Shown: one piece after another, positions 40,015 through 48,282 of the stretch | How positions within the stretch are numbered: the stretch's first letter is position 1 | Layout of the letters: each line of letters starts with the position of its first letter | Assembly: GCA_044341875.1 (NCBI GenBank) | Contig: JBIIQT010000008.1 | Location: 3,393-67,392, forward strand | Length of the DNA stretch: 64,000 nucleotides | From: Chitinophagaceae bacterium | GTDB taxonomy: Bacteria > Bacteroidota > Bacteroidia > Chitinophagales > Chitinophagaceae | Direction of reading: 5' to 3' | Notes under the pieces: generated by a model | Databases searched by the model: none | The model's input: only the letters and a program-made list of their open reading frames with translations | What the model was told of the DNA's origin: nothing | Translations under genes and position numbers: made by a program

Positions 40015-40689
40015 TTATTTCAAAATTTCTTCCGTCGCAGACAATCCCACCCTTGTCGCGCCAGCTTCAATGGCCGCCATTACTTCTTCTCTACTCCGTA
40101 TTCCACCCGAGGCCTTGATTTGTATATCAGAAGAACAATGTTCCCGCATCAATTTCAGGTCATGAATGGTTGCTCCTTTGGCCATGAATTTCCCATCTTC
40201 TTGTTTTACAAATCCGAACCCGGTTGATGTTTTGACGAAGGCTACATGAAGGCTTGAGCAAATCTTGCAGAGTTGAATTTTTTGTTCATCGTTGAGGTAA
40301 TCGTTTTCAAAGATCACTTTCAGGATAGCGTTATGTTCCAGCGCTGCATCCATCATTTGTGCAATCTCATTTTCCACATAATCCCAATCTCCACCAGTTA
40401 CTTTACCAATATTGACCACCATGTCAATTTCCGTGGCGCCATTCCTGCAGGCCTCAATCGTTTCAATTACTTTGATATCTGTAGTGTTTCCTCCATGGGG
40501 AAATCCAATCACCGTGCAAACCCCAACATCAGAACCTTTCAACAATTTCGCGGCCTGTGCTACAGCAGAAGGCTTGACGCAGACTGTTGCTGTGCCGTAT
40601 TTCAAGCCTATCCTGCAAGCATCTTCAAGGTCCTTGTCTGTTGCTGTAGGATGCAAAAGAGCGTGGTCAATGTATTTTGCGAGGTCCAT
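40015..40689 (-). CDS. deoC: Deoxyribose-phosphate aldolase
   Basis: IDHALL, TVIGFPHG, EIDMV, LKVIFE, FVKTSTGF and IKASGGIR motifs. Confidence 0.94.
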   Translation of the reverse strand: MDLAKYIDHALLHPTATDKDLEDACRIGLKYGTATVCVKPSAVAQAAKLLKGSDVGVCTVIGFPHGGNTTDIKVIETIEACRNGATEIDMVVNIGKVTGGDWDYVENEIAQMMDAALEHNAILKVIFENDYLNDEQKIQLCKICSSLHVAFVKTSTGFGFVKQEDGKFMAKGATIHDLKLMREHCSSDIQIKASGGIRSREEVMAAIEAGATRVGLSATEEILK

Positions 40690-41231
40690 TATTGATCAAA
40701 TGTATTGTCAAATCCTTTGCTTTTCAAAGCCTTGATTTTTTTGCCAACTTCATTCTTCATTTTTGTTTTGAAGGCAACAAGTTTTTTCTCCAAAGGCTTT
40801 CTGCTGGTGGAGAGGATGGATGCAGCAAGGATGCCAGCATTCTTTGCTCCATTGAGCGCAACAGTGGCCACCGGAATGCCATTGGGCATTTGTAAGATGG
40901 ACAGGATGGAATCCCAACCGTCTATGGAATTGGATGATTTGATGGGGACGCCAATCACAGGAAGCGTAGTTATTGAGGCGACCATGCCTGGTAAATGGGC
41001 AGCGCCACCTGCACCTGCGATGATCACCTTGATCCCCCTTTTCGAGGCGGTAGAGGCAAACCTGACCAATCGCTCAGGGGTTCTGTGTGCAGAAACAACC
41101 GTGAGCTCAAAAGAAATGCCAAATTCAGTCAACTGGTCTGCAGCTGCAACCATCACCGGAAGGTCGCTGTCGCTTCCCATGATGATGCTTACGATTGGTT
41201 TCTTTTTGTTGGACGCCTTGCTTACAGCCAT
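40689..41231 (-). CDS. purE: N5-CAIR mutase
   Basis: [27 protein letters not shown] and [15 protein letters not shown] motifs. Confidence 0.97.
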   Translation of the reverse strand: MAVSKASNKKKPIVSIIMGSDSDLPVMVAAADQLTEFGISFELTVVSAHRTPERLVRFASTASKRGIKVIIAGAGGAAHLPGMVASITTLPVIGVPIKSSNSIDGWDSILSILQMPNGIPVATVALNGAKNAGILAASILSTSRKPLEKKLVAFKTKMKNEVGKKIKALKSKGFDNTFDQ

Positions 41232-41241
41232 GTTATGGGTT

Positions 41242-42375
41242 TTATAGTGTTTTATTGCCTTTGATCCTGAGTGTGCTTTTTATCTTGTTGGCCTGATGAA
41301 TCAATTCCTGTTTTTCATTGCTGATGATGGTGGCATGTCCCATTTTTCGTCCGGGCTTGGTATCGGTTTTGCCATACAGATGAACGAAAACATCTGGGAT
41401 AGACAAGACTTCTTCCAGTCCATCGTATTCCGTTTTTCCTGCATGCCCTTCGGCACCAAGCAGGTTGACCATCATGGAAGACATGATCATTGCCGTGTTG
41501 CCCAGCGGATATTTCATGATGATTCTCCAAAGCATGTCAAACTGTGAGCTGTAGTGGGCTTCGATGGTATGGTGCCCTGAATTGTGCACCCTTGGGGCAG
41601 TTTCATTGACCCAAACATTGCCTTCCCTGTCAACAAACATCTCAATGGCAAAAATGCCCGGAGAATCCAGTTTTCTGGCAACTGTCAGGGCAATGGCTTC
41701 TGCCTTCCAAAGGGTCTTTTCTGGAATGGAAGCGGGGCAAAGCTGCAGATCAAGTAAATTGAGGATGGGGTCGAAAAACATCTCCACTGGAGGATAGATG
41801 GCGGTTTTTCCGTTTTCGTCCACCGCCACAATGATGGCAATTTCTTTCTCAATCGAAATCATCTTTTCCAAAATGGCCGGAGCATCGAAACCCAGTGGAA
41901 TGTCTTCCTGTTTTTTGATGATTTGCACACCTTTGCCATCATATCCACCCGTTGCCAGTTTGTGTACGGCAGGGAGAAAATCAATGTTGTTTTTCAGCTC
42001 TTCCCGGTTCTGCAAGACCTTGTAAGATGCAGTGGGGATCTGGTGCTCAGTATAAAATTCCTTTTGGAATATTTTGTTTTTGATGGTGCGCAGGGCCTGG
42101 GGTTTTGGAATGATGCGGCATCCTCTTTTCTCCAATTCGAAGAGCGCGTCCACATTGACATTTTCTATTTCGATGGTTATCACATCCAAGCCCTCTCCAA
42201 ACCTGATGACATCATCATAATTGGTGATGTCACCGGTAATGAAATGATGACATAGTTTGGCGGAAGGACATGAAGGGTCCTTTTCCATCACGCTAACCTC
42301 AACGGGATAGTTGGCTGCTTCTTGTAGTAGCATCCTGCCAAGCTGACCTCCTCCCAAAATGCCTGCTTTGATCAT
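41242..42375 (-). CDS. purK: N5-CAIR synthase
   Basis: [31 protein letters not shown] and RKMGHAT motifs. Start 42375. Confidence 0.95.
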   Translation of the reverse strand: MIKAGILGGGQLGRMLLQEAANYPVEVSVMEKDPSCPSAKLCHHFITGDITNYDDVIRFGEGLDVITIEIENVNVDALFELEKRGCRIIPKPQALRTIKNKIFQKEFYTEHQIPTASYKVLQNREELKNNIDFLPAVHKLATGGYDGKGVQIIKKQEDIPLGFDAPAILEKMISIEKEIAIIVAVDENGKTAIYPPVEMFFDPILNLLDLQLCPASIPEKTLWKAEAIALTVARKLDSPGIFAIEMFVDREGNVWVNETAPRVHNSGHHTIEAHYSSQFDMLWRIIMKYPLGNTAMIMSSMMVNLLGAEGHAGKTEYDGLEEVLSIPDVFVHLYGKTDTKPGRKMGHATIISNEKQELIHQANKIKSTLRIKGNKTL

Positions 42376-42416
42376 AGAATGCAAATATCTTTAACTTATC
42401 GCTAATTCAAAACCAT

Positions 42417-42424
42417 TAATTTTG
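42417..42424 (+). promoter_or_regulatory. -7 promoter element (TAATTTTG) upstream of the L,D-transpeptidase-family gene
   Basis: Exact consensus a few nt before the GTG/ATG starts. Confidence 0.5.
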
Positions 42425-42428
42425 CAAG

Positions 42429-43211
42429 GTGATGCATATCAACGCCCCAATATTCAGAAAGATCGTTTTTTTGCTCCTTTTTCAAGGATTGATGGCCTGT
42501 TTGGCAGGCAGGGCTCAAAGCTCTTTTGTTGAATACCAAAAGTCGTTTTCGCGTGTTTCAAAGGCTTTTGCCAACCGGGAGGATACCCTAAAAAAGCAAT
42601 TTGCCGCCAAAAAGCTCCCCTGGCCTGCAAACTATGTCTATATCCGTTCTTTCAAATACAACAGCGACTTGCAGGTTTGGGTGAAAAACAGGCTCACTGA
42701 TACATTTTCCCTTTTTAAGTCTTACCGCATCTGTGCATTGGCAGGGACGATGGGACCCAAGCGAATGGAAGGGGATTATCAGGTGCCCGAGGGGTTTTAT
42801 TATATCAATGAATTCAACGCCAACAGTACTTACCACCTTTCTCTGGGGTTGAATTATCCCAATCCTTCAGATAAATTACTGGCTGATTCAATGAAGCCAG
42901 GTGGCGATATTTATATTCATGGAAGCTGTGTAACCGTAGGCTGCATACCACTTACAGATCCAATGATTGAAGAATTGTATATCCTTTCCACCTATGCAAG
43001 GGCTGCAGGACAGGAATTCATCCCCGTTCATATTTTTCCGGTCAAATACAGGGATGCCAGAAGTGCCGAGTATTTGGAGAAATTATTCACTGCAGATCCT
43101 TCCCTGAAAACATTTGAAGCGAATCTCAGAAGTGTGTATGATTTTTTTGAGGACAACAAGATATTACCTGTGGTAGCGGTTTCGCCCAAAGGGGAGTATA
43201 TATTTTATTGA
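42429..43211 (+). CDS. L,D-transpeptidase family protein, YafK/DpaA-like
   Basis: GPKRMEGDYQVPEGFY, LSLGLNYPN and GGDIYIHGSCVTVGC motifs; signal peptide. Confidence 0.85.
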   Translation: MMHINAPIFRKIVFLLLFQGLMACLAGRAQSSFVEYQKSFSRVSKAFANREDTLKKQFAAKKLPWPANYVYIRSFKYNSDLQVWVKNRLTDTFSLFKSYRICALAGTMGPKRMEGDYQVPEGFYYINEFNANSTYHLSLGLNYPNPSDKLLADSMKPGGDIYIHGSCVTVGCIPLTDPMIEELYILSTYARAAGQEFIPVHIFPVKYRDARSAEYLEKLFTADPSLKTFEANLRSVYDFFEDNKILPVVAVSPKGEYIFY

Positions 43212-43232
43212 GATTTATATCAACATAATCAA

Positions 43233-43982
43233 ATGATCAAGGTTAGTCAACTTAAAAAATCATACGGCAGCTTCGAAGCAGTGAAGGGAATCAGTTTTGA
43301 TGTCCAAGAAGGAGAAATCTTCGGATTGCTTGGTCCCAATGGTGCAGGTAAATCCACCACCCTTGAGATCATGGAAACCCTTCGGCTCAAATCCTCAGGA
43401 GAAGTCAACATCGCAGGATTTGACCTGGACAAACAACCCGATGAGATCAAAAAAATCATTGGTGTTCAACTCCAGACCTCAGGCTTTTACCCCGGATTGA
43501 AACTCTTGGAACTGATTGACCTTTTTGGCGGATTGTACAACCGGAAGGTGGATCCAATGGAGCTGCTGGCCAAGGTTAATCTGGAAGAAAAGGCAAAGTC
43601 CTTGTACAAATCGCTCAGTGGTGGTCAAAAGCAACGTTTTTCCATCGCCACAACCCTAATCAATGATCCCAAGATCATCTTCCTGGATGAGCCTACCACA
43701 GGCCTGGATCCCCAGGCAAGAAGGAACCTTTGGGACCTGATCAAAAATATTCGGGCGCTTGGCACAACGGTGATCATCACTACTCATTATATGGATGAGG
43801 CGGAGTACCTCTGCGATAGGGTAGCCATCATGGATGCCGGGCAGATTATTTCGCTGGATCATCCCGATCGTTTGATTGATCAGCTGATTGCCAGCGGGTT
43901 TGAAAAAAAGAAGGAATCCAAGGGAGCCAATCTCGAAGATGTTTTTATTCAGATGACGGGCAGGGTCTTGAGAGAGGATTAA
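43233..43982 (+). CDS. ABC transporter ATP-binding protein
   Basis: GPNGAGKST, LSGGQKQR, FLDEPTTGLDP and TTHYMDE motifs. Confidence 0.95.
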   Translation: MIKVSQLKKSYGSFEAVKGISFDVQEGEIFGLLGPNGAGKSTTLEIMETLRLKSSGEVNIAGFDLDKQPDEIKKIIGVQLQTSGFYPGLKLLELIDLFGGLYNRKVDPMELLAKVNLEEKAKSLYKSLSGGQKQRFSIATTLINDPKIIFLDEPTTGLDPQARRNLWDLIKNIRALGTTVIITTHYMDEAEYLCDRVAIMDAGQIISLDHPDRLIDQLIASGFEKKKESKGANLEDVFIQMTGRVLRED

Positions 43983-44037
43983 TTCACTCAATCCAGATAA
44001 GCTTAATTCACTATTTTTACCATACATTTTACAACGC

Positions 44038-44823
44038 ATGAAAAAACTTTTTTTCCTTTCATTATCGCTTAGTTTGTTCGCTGTTTCTTTTGCTCAAACC
44101 AAAAAAGCACCCAAGGCTGCAACACCTCCCGTGAAGGCTGCAGCACCCAAATCAGCCGCTCCTGCCAAACCAGTTGCGAAAACAGCGACCAAGACCAATC
44201 CAACCATTGTTTTGAAAACTGCAGAAGATTCCATGAGTTATTCCATTGGTGTGCTCGATGGTAATTTTTTCAAATCACAGGGCATCGAAAAAATAAATGC
44301 AGCTGTATTGGCATCAGGTTTTGCTGACGCTTTGAAAGGCAAGCCCCTCTTCACTCCTGAGCAATGCGATATGATCGTTCGTACTGCGATGCAAAAAAAT
44401 GTAAGAAAGAAAATACAGCCCGCCATTGATGCGGGTCTTAAGTTCCTTGCTGAAAATGCAAAGAAGCCCGGTGTGAAACAAACCGCTACTGGTTTGCAGT
44501 ATGAAGTGATTACTGAAGGCACTGGTCCAAAGCCTGCCGACACCAGTGTGGTGAAAGTTCATTATGAGGGTTTTCTGTTGAATGGCAATGGCCGTCCATT
44601 TGATAGTTCAAGAGAGAGGGGTGAGCCTACACAGTTTCCCTTGAATCAGGTGATCAGGGGCTGGACGGAAGGTGTTCAGCTGATGGGTGTTGGATCGAAG
44701 TACAAGTTCTATATTCCATATCAGTTGGCCTATGGTGAGCAAGGCTCCGGTGAAACGATTCCTGGTGGTTCACTGCTGATTTTTGAGGTGGAGTTGATTG
44801 ATATTGTAAAAGGGCAGAACTAA
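44038..44823 (+). CDS. FKBP-type peptidyl-prolyl isomerase (exported)
   Basis: Signal peptide, Ala/Pro/Lys linker, DSMSYSIG, VKVHYEG, FDSS and VIRGWTEG motifs. Confidence 0.93.
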   Translation: MKKLFFLSLSLSLFAVSFAQTKKAPKAATPPVKAAAPKSAAPAKPVAKTATKTNPTIVLKTAEDSMSYSIGVLDGNFFKSQGIEKINAAVLASGFADALKGKPLFTPEQCDMIVRTAMQKNVRKKIQPAIDAGLKFLAENAKKPGVKQTATGLQYEVITEGTGPKPADTSVVKVHYEGFLLNGNGRPFDSSRERGEPTQFPLNQVIRGWTEGVQLMGVGSKYKFYIPYQLAYGEQGSGETIPGGSLLIFEVELIDIVKGQN

Positions 44824-44857
44824 ACGATTATTATCACCATATAAATTTCCCATCAGC

Positions 44858-45385
44858 ATGACAACAGATCCGCGTTACCCCATCGGCAAAGTGCAGTTTG
44901 TTGATTATTCTGAGAAGGAAAAGGAAGCAAGGCTGGCAGATATTTTGTTTCTTCCAAGGATGCTTGAGTATGCTGTATTGAACCTGGATGAAGCACAGAT
45001 CCAGACACCATACCGTGAAGGCGGTTGGACGGTGAATCAGCTCATTCACCATGTGGCCGATTCTCACATGAATGCCTTCATTCGATTCAAGCTTGGATTG
45101 ACAGAAGATGCACCGGTCATCAAGCCTTATAACCAAGATCAATGGGTAGAAACGGCTGATGTCTTGAACAGCCCCGTCAATATATCCATCACCCTGCTTC
45201 ATTCTTTGCACCATCGCTGGTATGAATTGCTGAAAACGATCAAGGATGAGGAGTGGCAAAGAACCGTATTTCATCCTGAGCAGCAGCGGCATATCACCCT
45301 CTGGCAGTTGCTGTTGATCTATGCCTGGCATGGCAAACACCACGCTGCGCATGTTACCAACCTTCGGGAGCAAATGGGCTGGTAG
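44858..45385 (+). CDS. bstA: YfiT/BstA family bacillithiol transferase (DinB superfamily)
   Basis: DPRYPIG, TPYREGGWT..Q..HHVADSHMNA..RFKL.LTED and YAWHGKHH motifs. Confidence 0.87.
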   Translation: MTTDPRYPIGKVQFVDYSEKEKEARLADILFLPRMLEYAVLNLDEAQIQTPYREGGWTVNQLIHHVADSHMNAFIRFKLGLTEDAPVIKPYNQDQWVETADVLNSPVNISITLLHSLHHRWYELLKTIKDEEWQRTVFHPEQQRHITLWQLLLIYAWHGKHHAAHVTNLREQMGW

Positions 45386-45428
45386 ATTCTGTTGTTCATA
45401 TTGTGTAATTTTATTCTAATCTCCGTCT

Positions 45429-46526
45429 ATGAAAGGCTTTCATTTTTCAAAATTTACAAAGCGTGATGACGGGAAAAGTGATTTTGAAAAATTGCTTGAC
45501 ATTTTCATGCAATTGCTGGACTATACCAATGGTGATGCATCAGAAGCGTTGCGCTGGATGACCGAGCTGGACAAGGAATACAAGTTCAGCACACCACAAT
45601 ATGGCATTGGAGATTTTATTGAAGACCTTAAGCAGAAAGGATACATAGACGATCAGAATGAAAAGGGTGAAATAAAAATCACCCCCAAGACTGAGCAGGG
45701 CATTCGGAAACGTTCACTGGATGAGATTTTCGGAAAGCTGAAAAAAGCGCGTAAAGGCAATCACAGCACTTTCAAATCTGGTCAGGGTGATGAAACCAAT
45801 CCTGAAACCAGGCCATTTCAATTTGGCGATATGCTTGACCAGATTGATTTTGTGAGTTCTATTCGCAATTCACAGATCAACAGTGGGATAGAAAATTTTT
45901 CAATGCGTGAAGAAGACCTTGAAATCCGAGAAGCCGATTTCAAGACACAGACTTCTACCGTGCTCATGATTGACATATCGCATTCAATGATTCTCTACGG
46001 CGAAGACCGGATCACACCAGCCAAGAAAGTGGCCATGGCATTGAGCGAACTGATCAAGACAAAATACCCCAAAGATACCCTCGACATTGTAGTGTTCGGC
46101 AATGACGCATGGACAATTGAAGTAAAGGATCTTCCTTATCTCCAGGTAGGACCTTATCATACCAACACGGTTGAGGGTATTGAACTTGCCATGGATATTC
46201 TTCGCAGGAGGAAAAATTCCAACAAGCAGATTTTCATGATCACCGATGGAAAACCCACCTGCCTCAAGGAAGGAAAAAACTATTACAAGAATGCATTTGG
46301 GTTGGACAGGAAGATCACCAATCGTTGCCTCAACCTGGCCGCCCAGTGTAAAAAAGTAAAAATTAAAATCACCACTTTCATGATCACCAGCGACCCCTAT
46401 CTGCAAAGTTTCGTGAGGGCATTCACGGAAAGCAACAACGGGCGTGCATTTTATGCATCCCTTGACAAACTCGGCAGTTTTGTATTTGATGATTTTGAAA
46501 AAGGAAAGAAACGGAATGTGATGTAG
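45429..46526 (+). CDS. VWA domain-containing protein
   Basis: MIDAS motif DISHSM plus ITDG; helical N-terminal region. Confidence 0.88.
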   Translation: MKGFHFSKFTKRDDGKSDFEKLLDIFMQLLDYTNGDASEALRWMTELDKEYKFSTPQYGIGDFIEDLKQKGYIDDQNEKGEIKITPKTEQGIRKRSLDEIFGKLKKARKGNHSTFKSGQGDETNPETRPFQFGDMLDQIDFVSSIRNSQINSGIENFSMREEDLEIREADFKTQTSTVLMIDISHSMILYGEDRITPAKKVAMALSELIKTKYPKDTLDIVVFGNDAWTIEVKDLPYLQVGPYHTNTVEGIELAMDILRRRKNSNKQIFMITDGKPTCLKEGKNYYKNAFGLDRKITNRCLNLAAQCKKVKIKITTFMITSDPYLQSFVRAFTESNNGRAFYASLDKLGSFVFDDFEKGKKRNVM

Positions 46527-46542
46527 ATGCCCCTGTATTAAA

Positions 46543-46587
46543 CTTCAACCCCTTCAACTTCTTCAACCCCTTCAACCTCCCTCAACT
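46543..46587 (+). repeat. (CTTCAACnn) x5 tandem repeat
   Basis: Units at 46543, 46552, 46561, 46570 and a degenerate unit at 46580; ends just before ATG 46594. Confidence 0.85.
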
Positions 46588-46593
46588 TTTACA

Positions 46594-48072
46594 ATGGACA
46601 ACATACATACACTCGGCGCACTAAAAGCTACAGGCTATAAAAGCAAAAGCATCAAAGAAGAAATGCGGGATAACCTGATCAGCAAGATGCAGGCAGGGGA
46701 GGAGAGATTTCCTGGTATTGTTGGATACGAGGATACTGTTATTCCTGACACTGAGCGTGCGATCCTGTCAAGGCACAACATGCTTTTTCTCGGATTGCGT
46801 GGCCAGGCCAAAACCCGGATGGCGCGCTTAATGATCGATCTTCTGGATGAATATGTTCCATACATCGCCGGTAGCGATATCCATGACGATCCATTCCATC
46901 CTATTTCAACCTACGGGAAACGGATGATTGAAGAGCAGGGTGATCAGGCGCCCATCAGCTGGCTTCACAGGACTGAACGCTATGGTGAAAAACTGGCCAC
47001 ACCAGACGTATCTGTGGCTGATCTTATCGGTGACATCGATCCGGTAAAAGCCGCCAACCTGAAGTTGGATTTTTCAGATGAACGTGTGATTCATTATGGC
47101 ATCATCCCTCGGAGCAACCGCTGCATTTTTGTGATCAATGAGTTGCCCGATTTGCAGGCCCGCATACAGGTTTCCCTGTTCAATATTCTGCAGGAAGGCG
47201 ATATTCAGATTCGTGGATTCAAGTTGCGCTTGCCATTGGATATTGTCTTTGTGTTCACTGCCAACCCTGAGGATTATACCAACCGCGGTTCAATTGTGAC
47301 ACCATTGAAGGACCGTATCGAGAGCCAAATACTTACACACTACCCCAAATCAATGGAAGCGGCCTTGAGCATTACCGCCCAAGAGGCCGCTGTACACGAA
47401 TCACAATCTAAGCTCATTGACCAAAGTGATCTGGGGGCAAGAATCATTGAGCAGATTGCCTTTGAGGCCAGGTCCAGTGAGTTTGTTGACCAGAAGAGCG
47501 GTGTTTCCGCCAGGTTGACCATTGCTGCTTTGGAAAATGCATTCAGTGCCGCAGAAAGAAGGGCATTGATCAACAAAGAGAAATCAACACAGATATGGAT
47601 GAGTGATCTGCAGGGCATAATTCCTGCTATCACTGGAAAGATAGAGTTGGTGTATGAAGGCGAACAGGAAGGTCCTTATCAGGTGAGTGTAAATTTGCTT
47701 GAGCGATCCATCAGAACTGTCTTTACGCAGTATTTTCCTGATCCTGAGGGCTTCAAGAAAAAGCGCAACAAGGAAGCCACTGTTGAAAGTCCATACAAAA
47801 CCGTTTCACAATGGTTTGATCTTGGTAATCATATCAACATGTTGTTTCATTTGAAGGACAATGATCGTGTGAAATTACTGAACACAGTCGTCGGATTGTC
47901 TGAACTTGTTTTACAATATTATCCCAAGGCAACTGGCAAACACAAGGCACTGCTCATGGAATTTGTTCTTTATGGATTAAGTGCTTATTCACTCATCAGC
48001 AAGAAAATCCTTTCTGAAAAAATCGAGTTCAGGGATTTGATGGGAAGTATGTTTTCGGGGGAAGAGATTTAG
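46594..48072 (+). CDS. AAA+ ATPase, Mg-chelatase/MoxR-related
   Basis: Walker A variant GLRGQAKT, Walker B variant FVINE, FTANPEDYTNRG and PLKDRI motifs; follows the VWA gene. Confidence 0.87.
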   Translation: MDNIHTLGALKATGYKSKSIKEEMRDNLISKMQAGEERFPGIVGYEDTVIPDTERAILSRHNMLFLGLRGQAKTRMARLMIDLLDEYVPYIAGSDIHDDPFHPISTYGKRMIEEQGDQAPISWLHRTERYGEKLATPDVSVADLIGDIDPVKAANLKLDFSDERVIHYGIIPRSNRCIFVINELPDLQARIQVSLFNILQEGDIQIRGFKLRLPLDIVFVFTANPEDYTNRGSIVTPLKDRIESQILTHYPKSMEAALSITAQEAAVHESQSKLIDQSDLGARIIEQIAFEARSSEFVDQKSGVSARLTIAALENAFSAAERRALINKEKSTQIWMSDLQGIIPAITGKIELVYEGEQEGPYQVSVNLLERSIRTVFTQYFPDPEGFKKKRNKEATVESPYKTVSQWFDLGNHINMLFHLKDNDRVKLLNTVVGLSELVLQYYPKATGKHKALLMEFVLYGLSAYSLISKKILSEKIEFRDLMGSMFSGEEI

Positions 48073-48122
48073 GGAGGTTGAAGCGTTGGGGGTTGTGAGT
48101 TATGGGTTGTGGGTTGGGTTGG
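48071..48122 (+). repeat. GT-rich repeat tract (GTTGAAG and GTTGTG-type units)
   Basis: agggaggttgaag followed by ggttgtgagttatgggttgtgggttgggttgg. Confidence 0.7.
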
Positions 48123-48215
48123 ACACGTTAGTCATATTTTATGGTTTATAGATGCTGAATAGTGCTGACATGAGTCAAGTTTTGTGTCAACTTAAATTAG
48201 GACGAGGCATTAAAC

Positions 48216-48256
48216 GAATAAGAAAAGGCCAAGCATTGCTTGGCCTTTTCTTATTC
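48216..48256. terminator. Bidirectional terminator with 19-bp perfect inverted repeat
   Basis: gaataagaaaaggccaagc-att-gcttggccttttcttattc between convergent genes. Confidence 0.85.
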
Positions 48257-48282
48257 ACAACCCTAAACCCACAACTCATTAA

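Noticed and set aside
46543-46587. TTCAAC arrays as a CRISPR array
   Set aside because: 9-bp period, no unique spacers, no cas genes.
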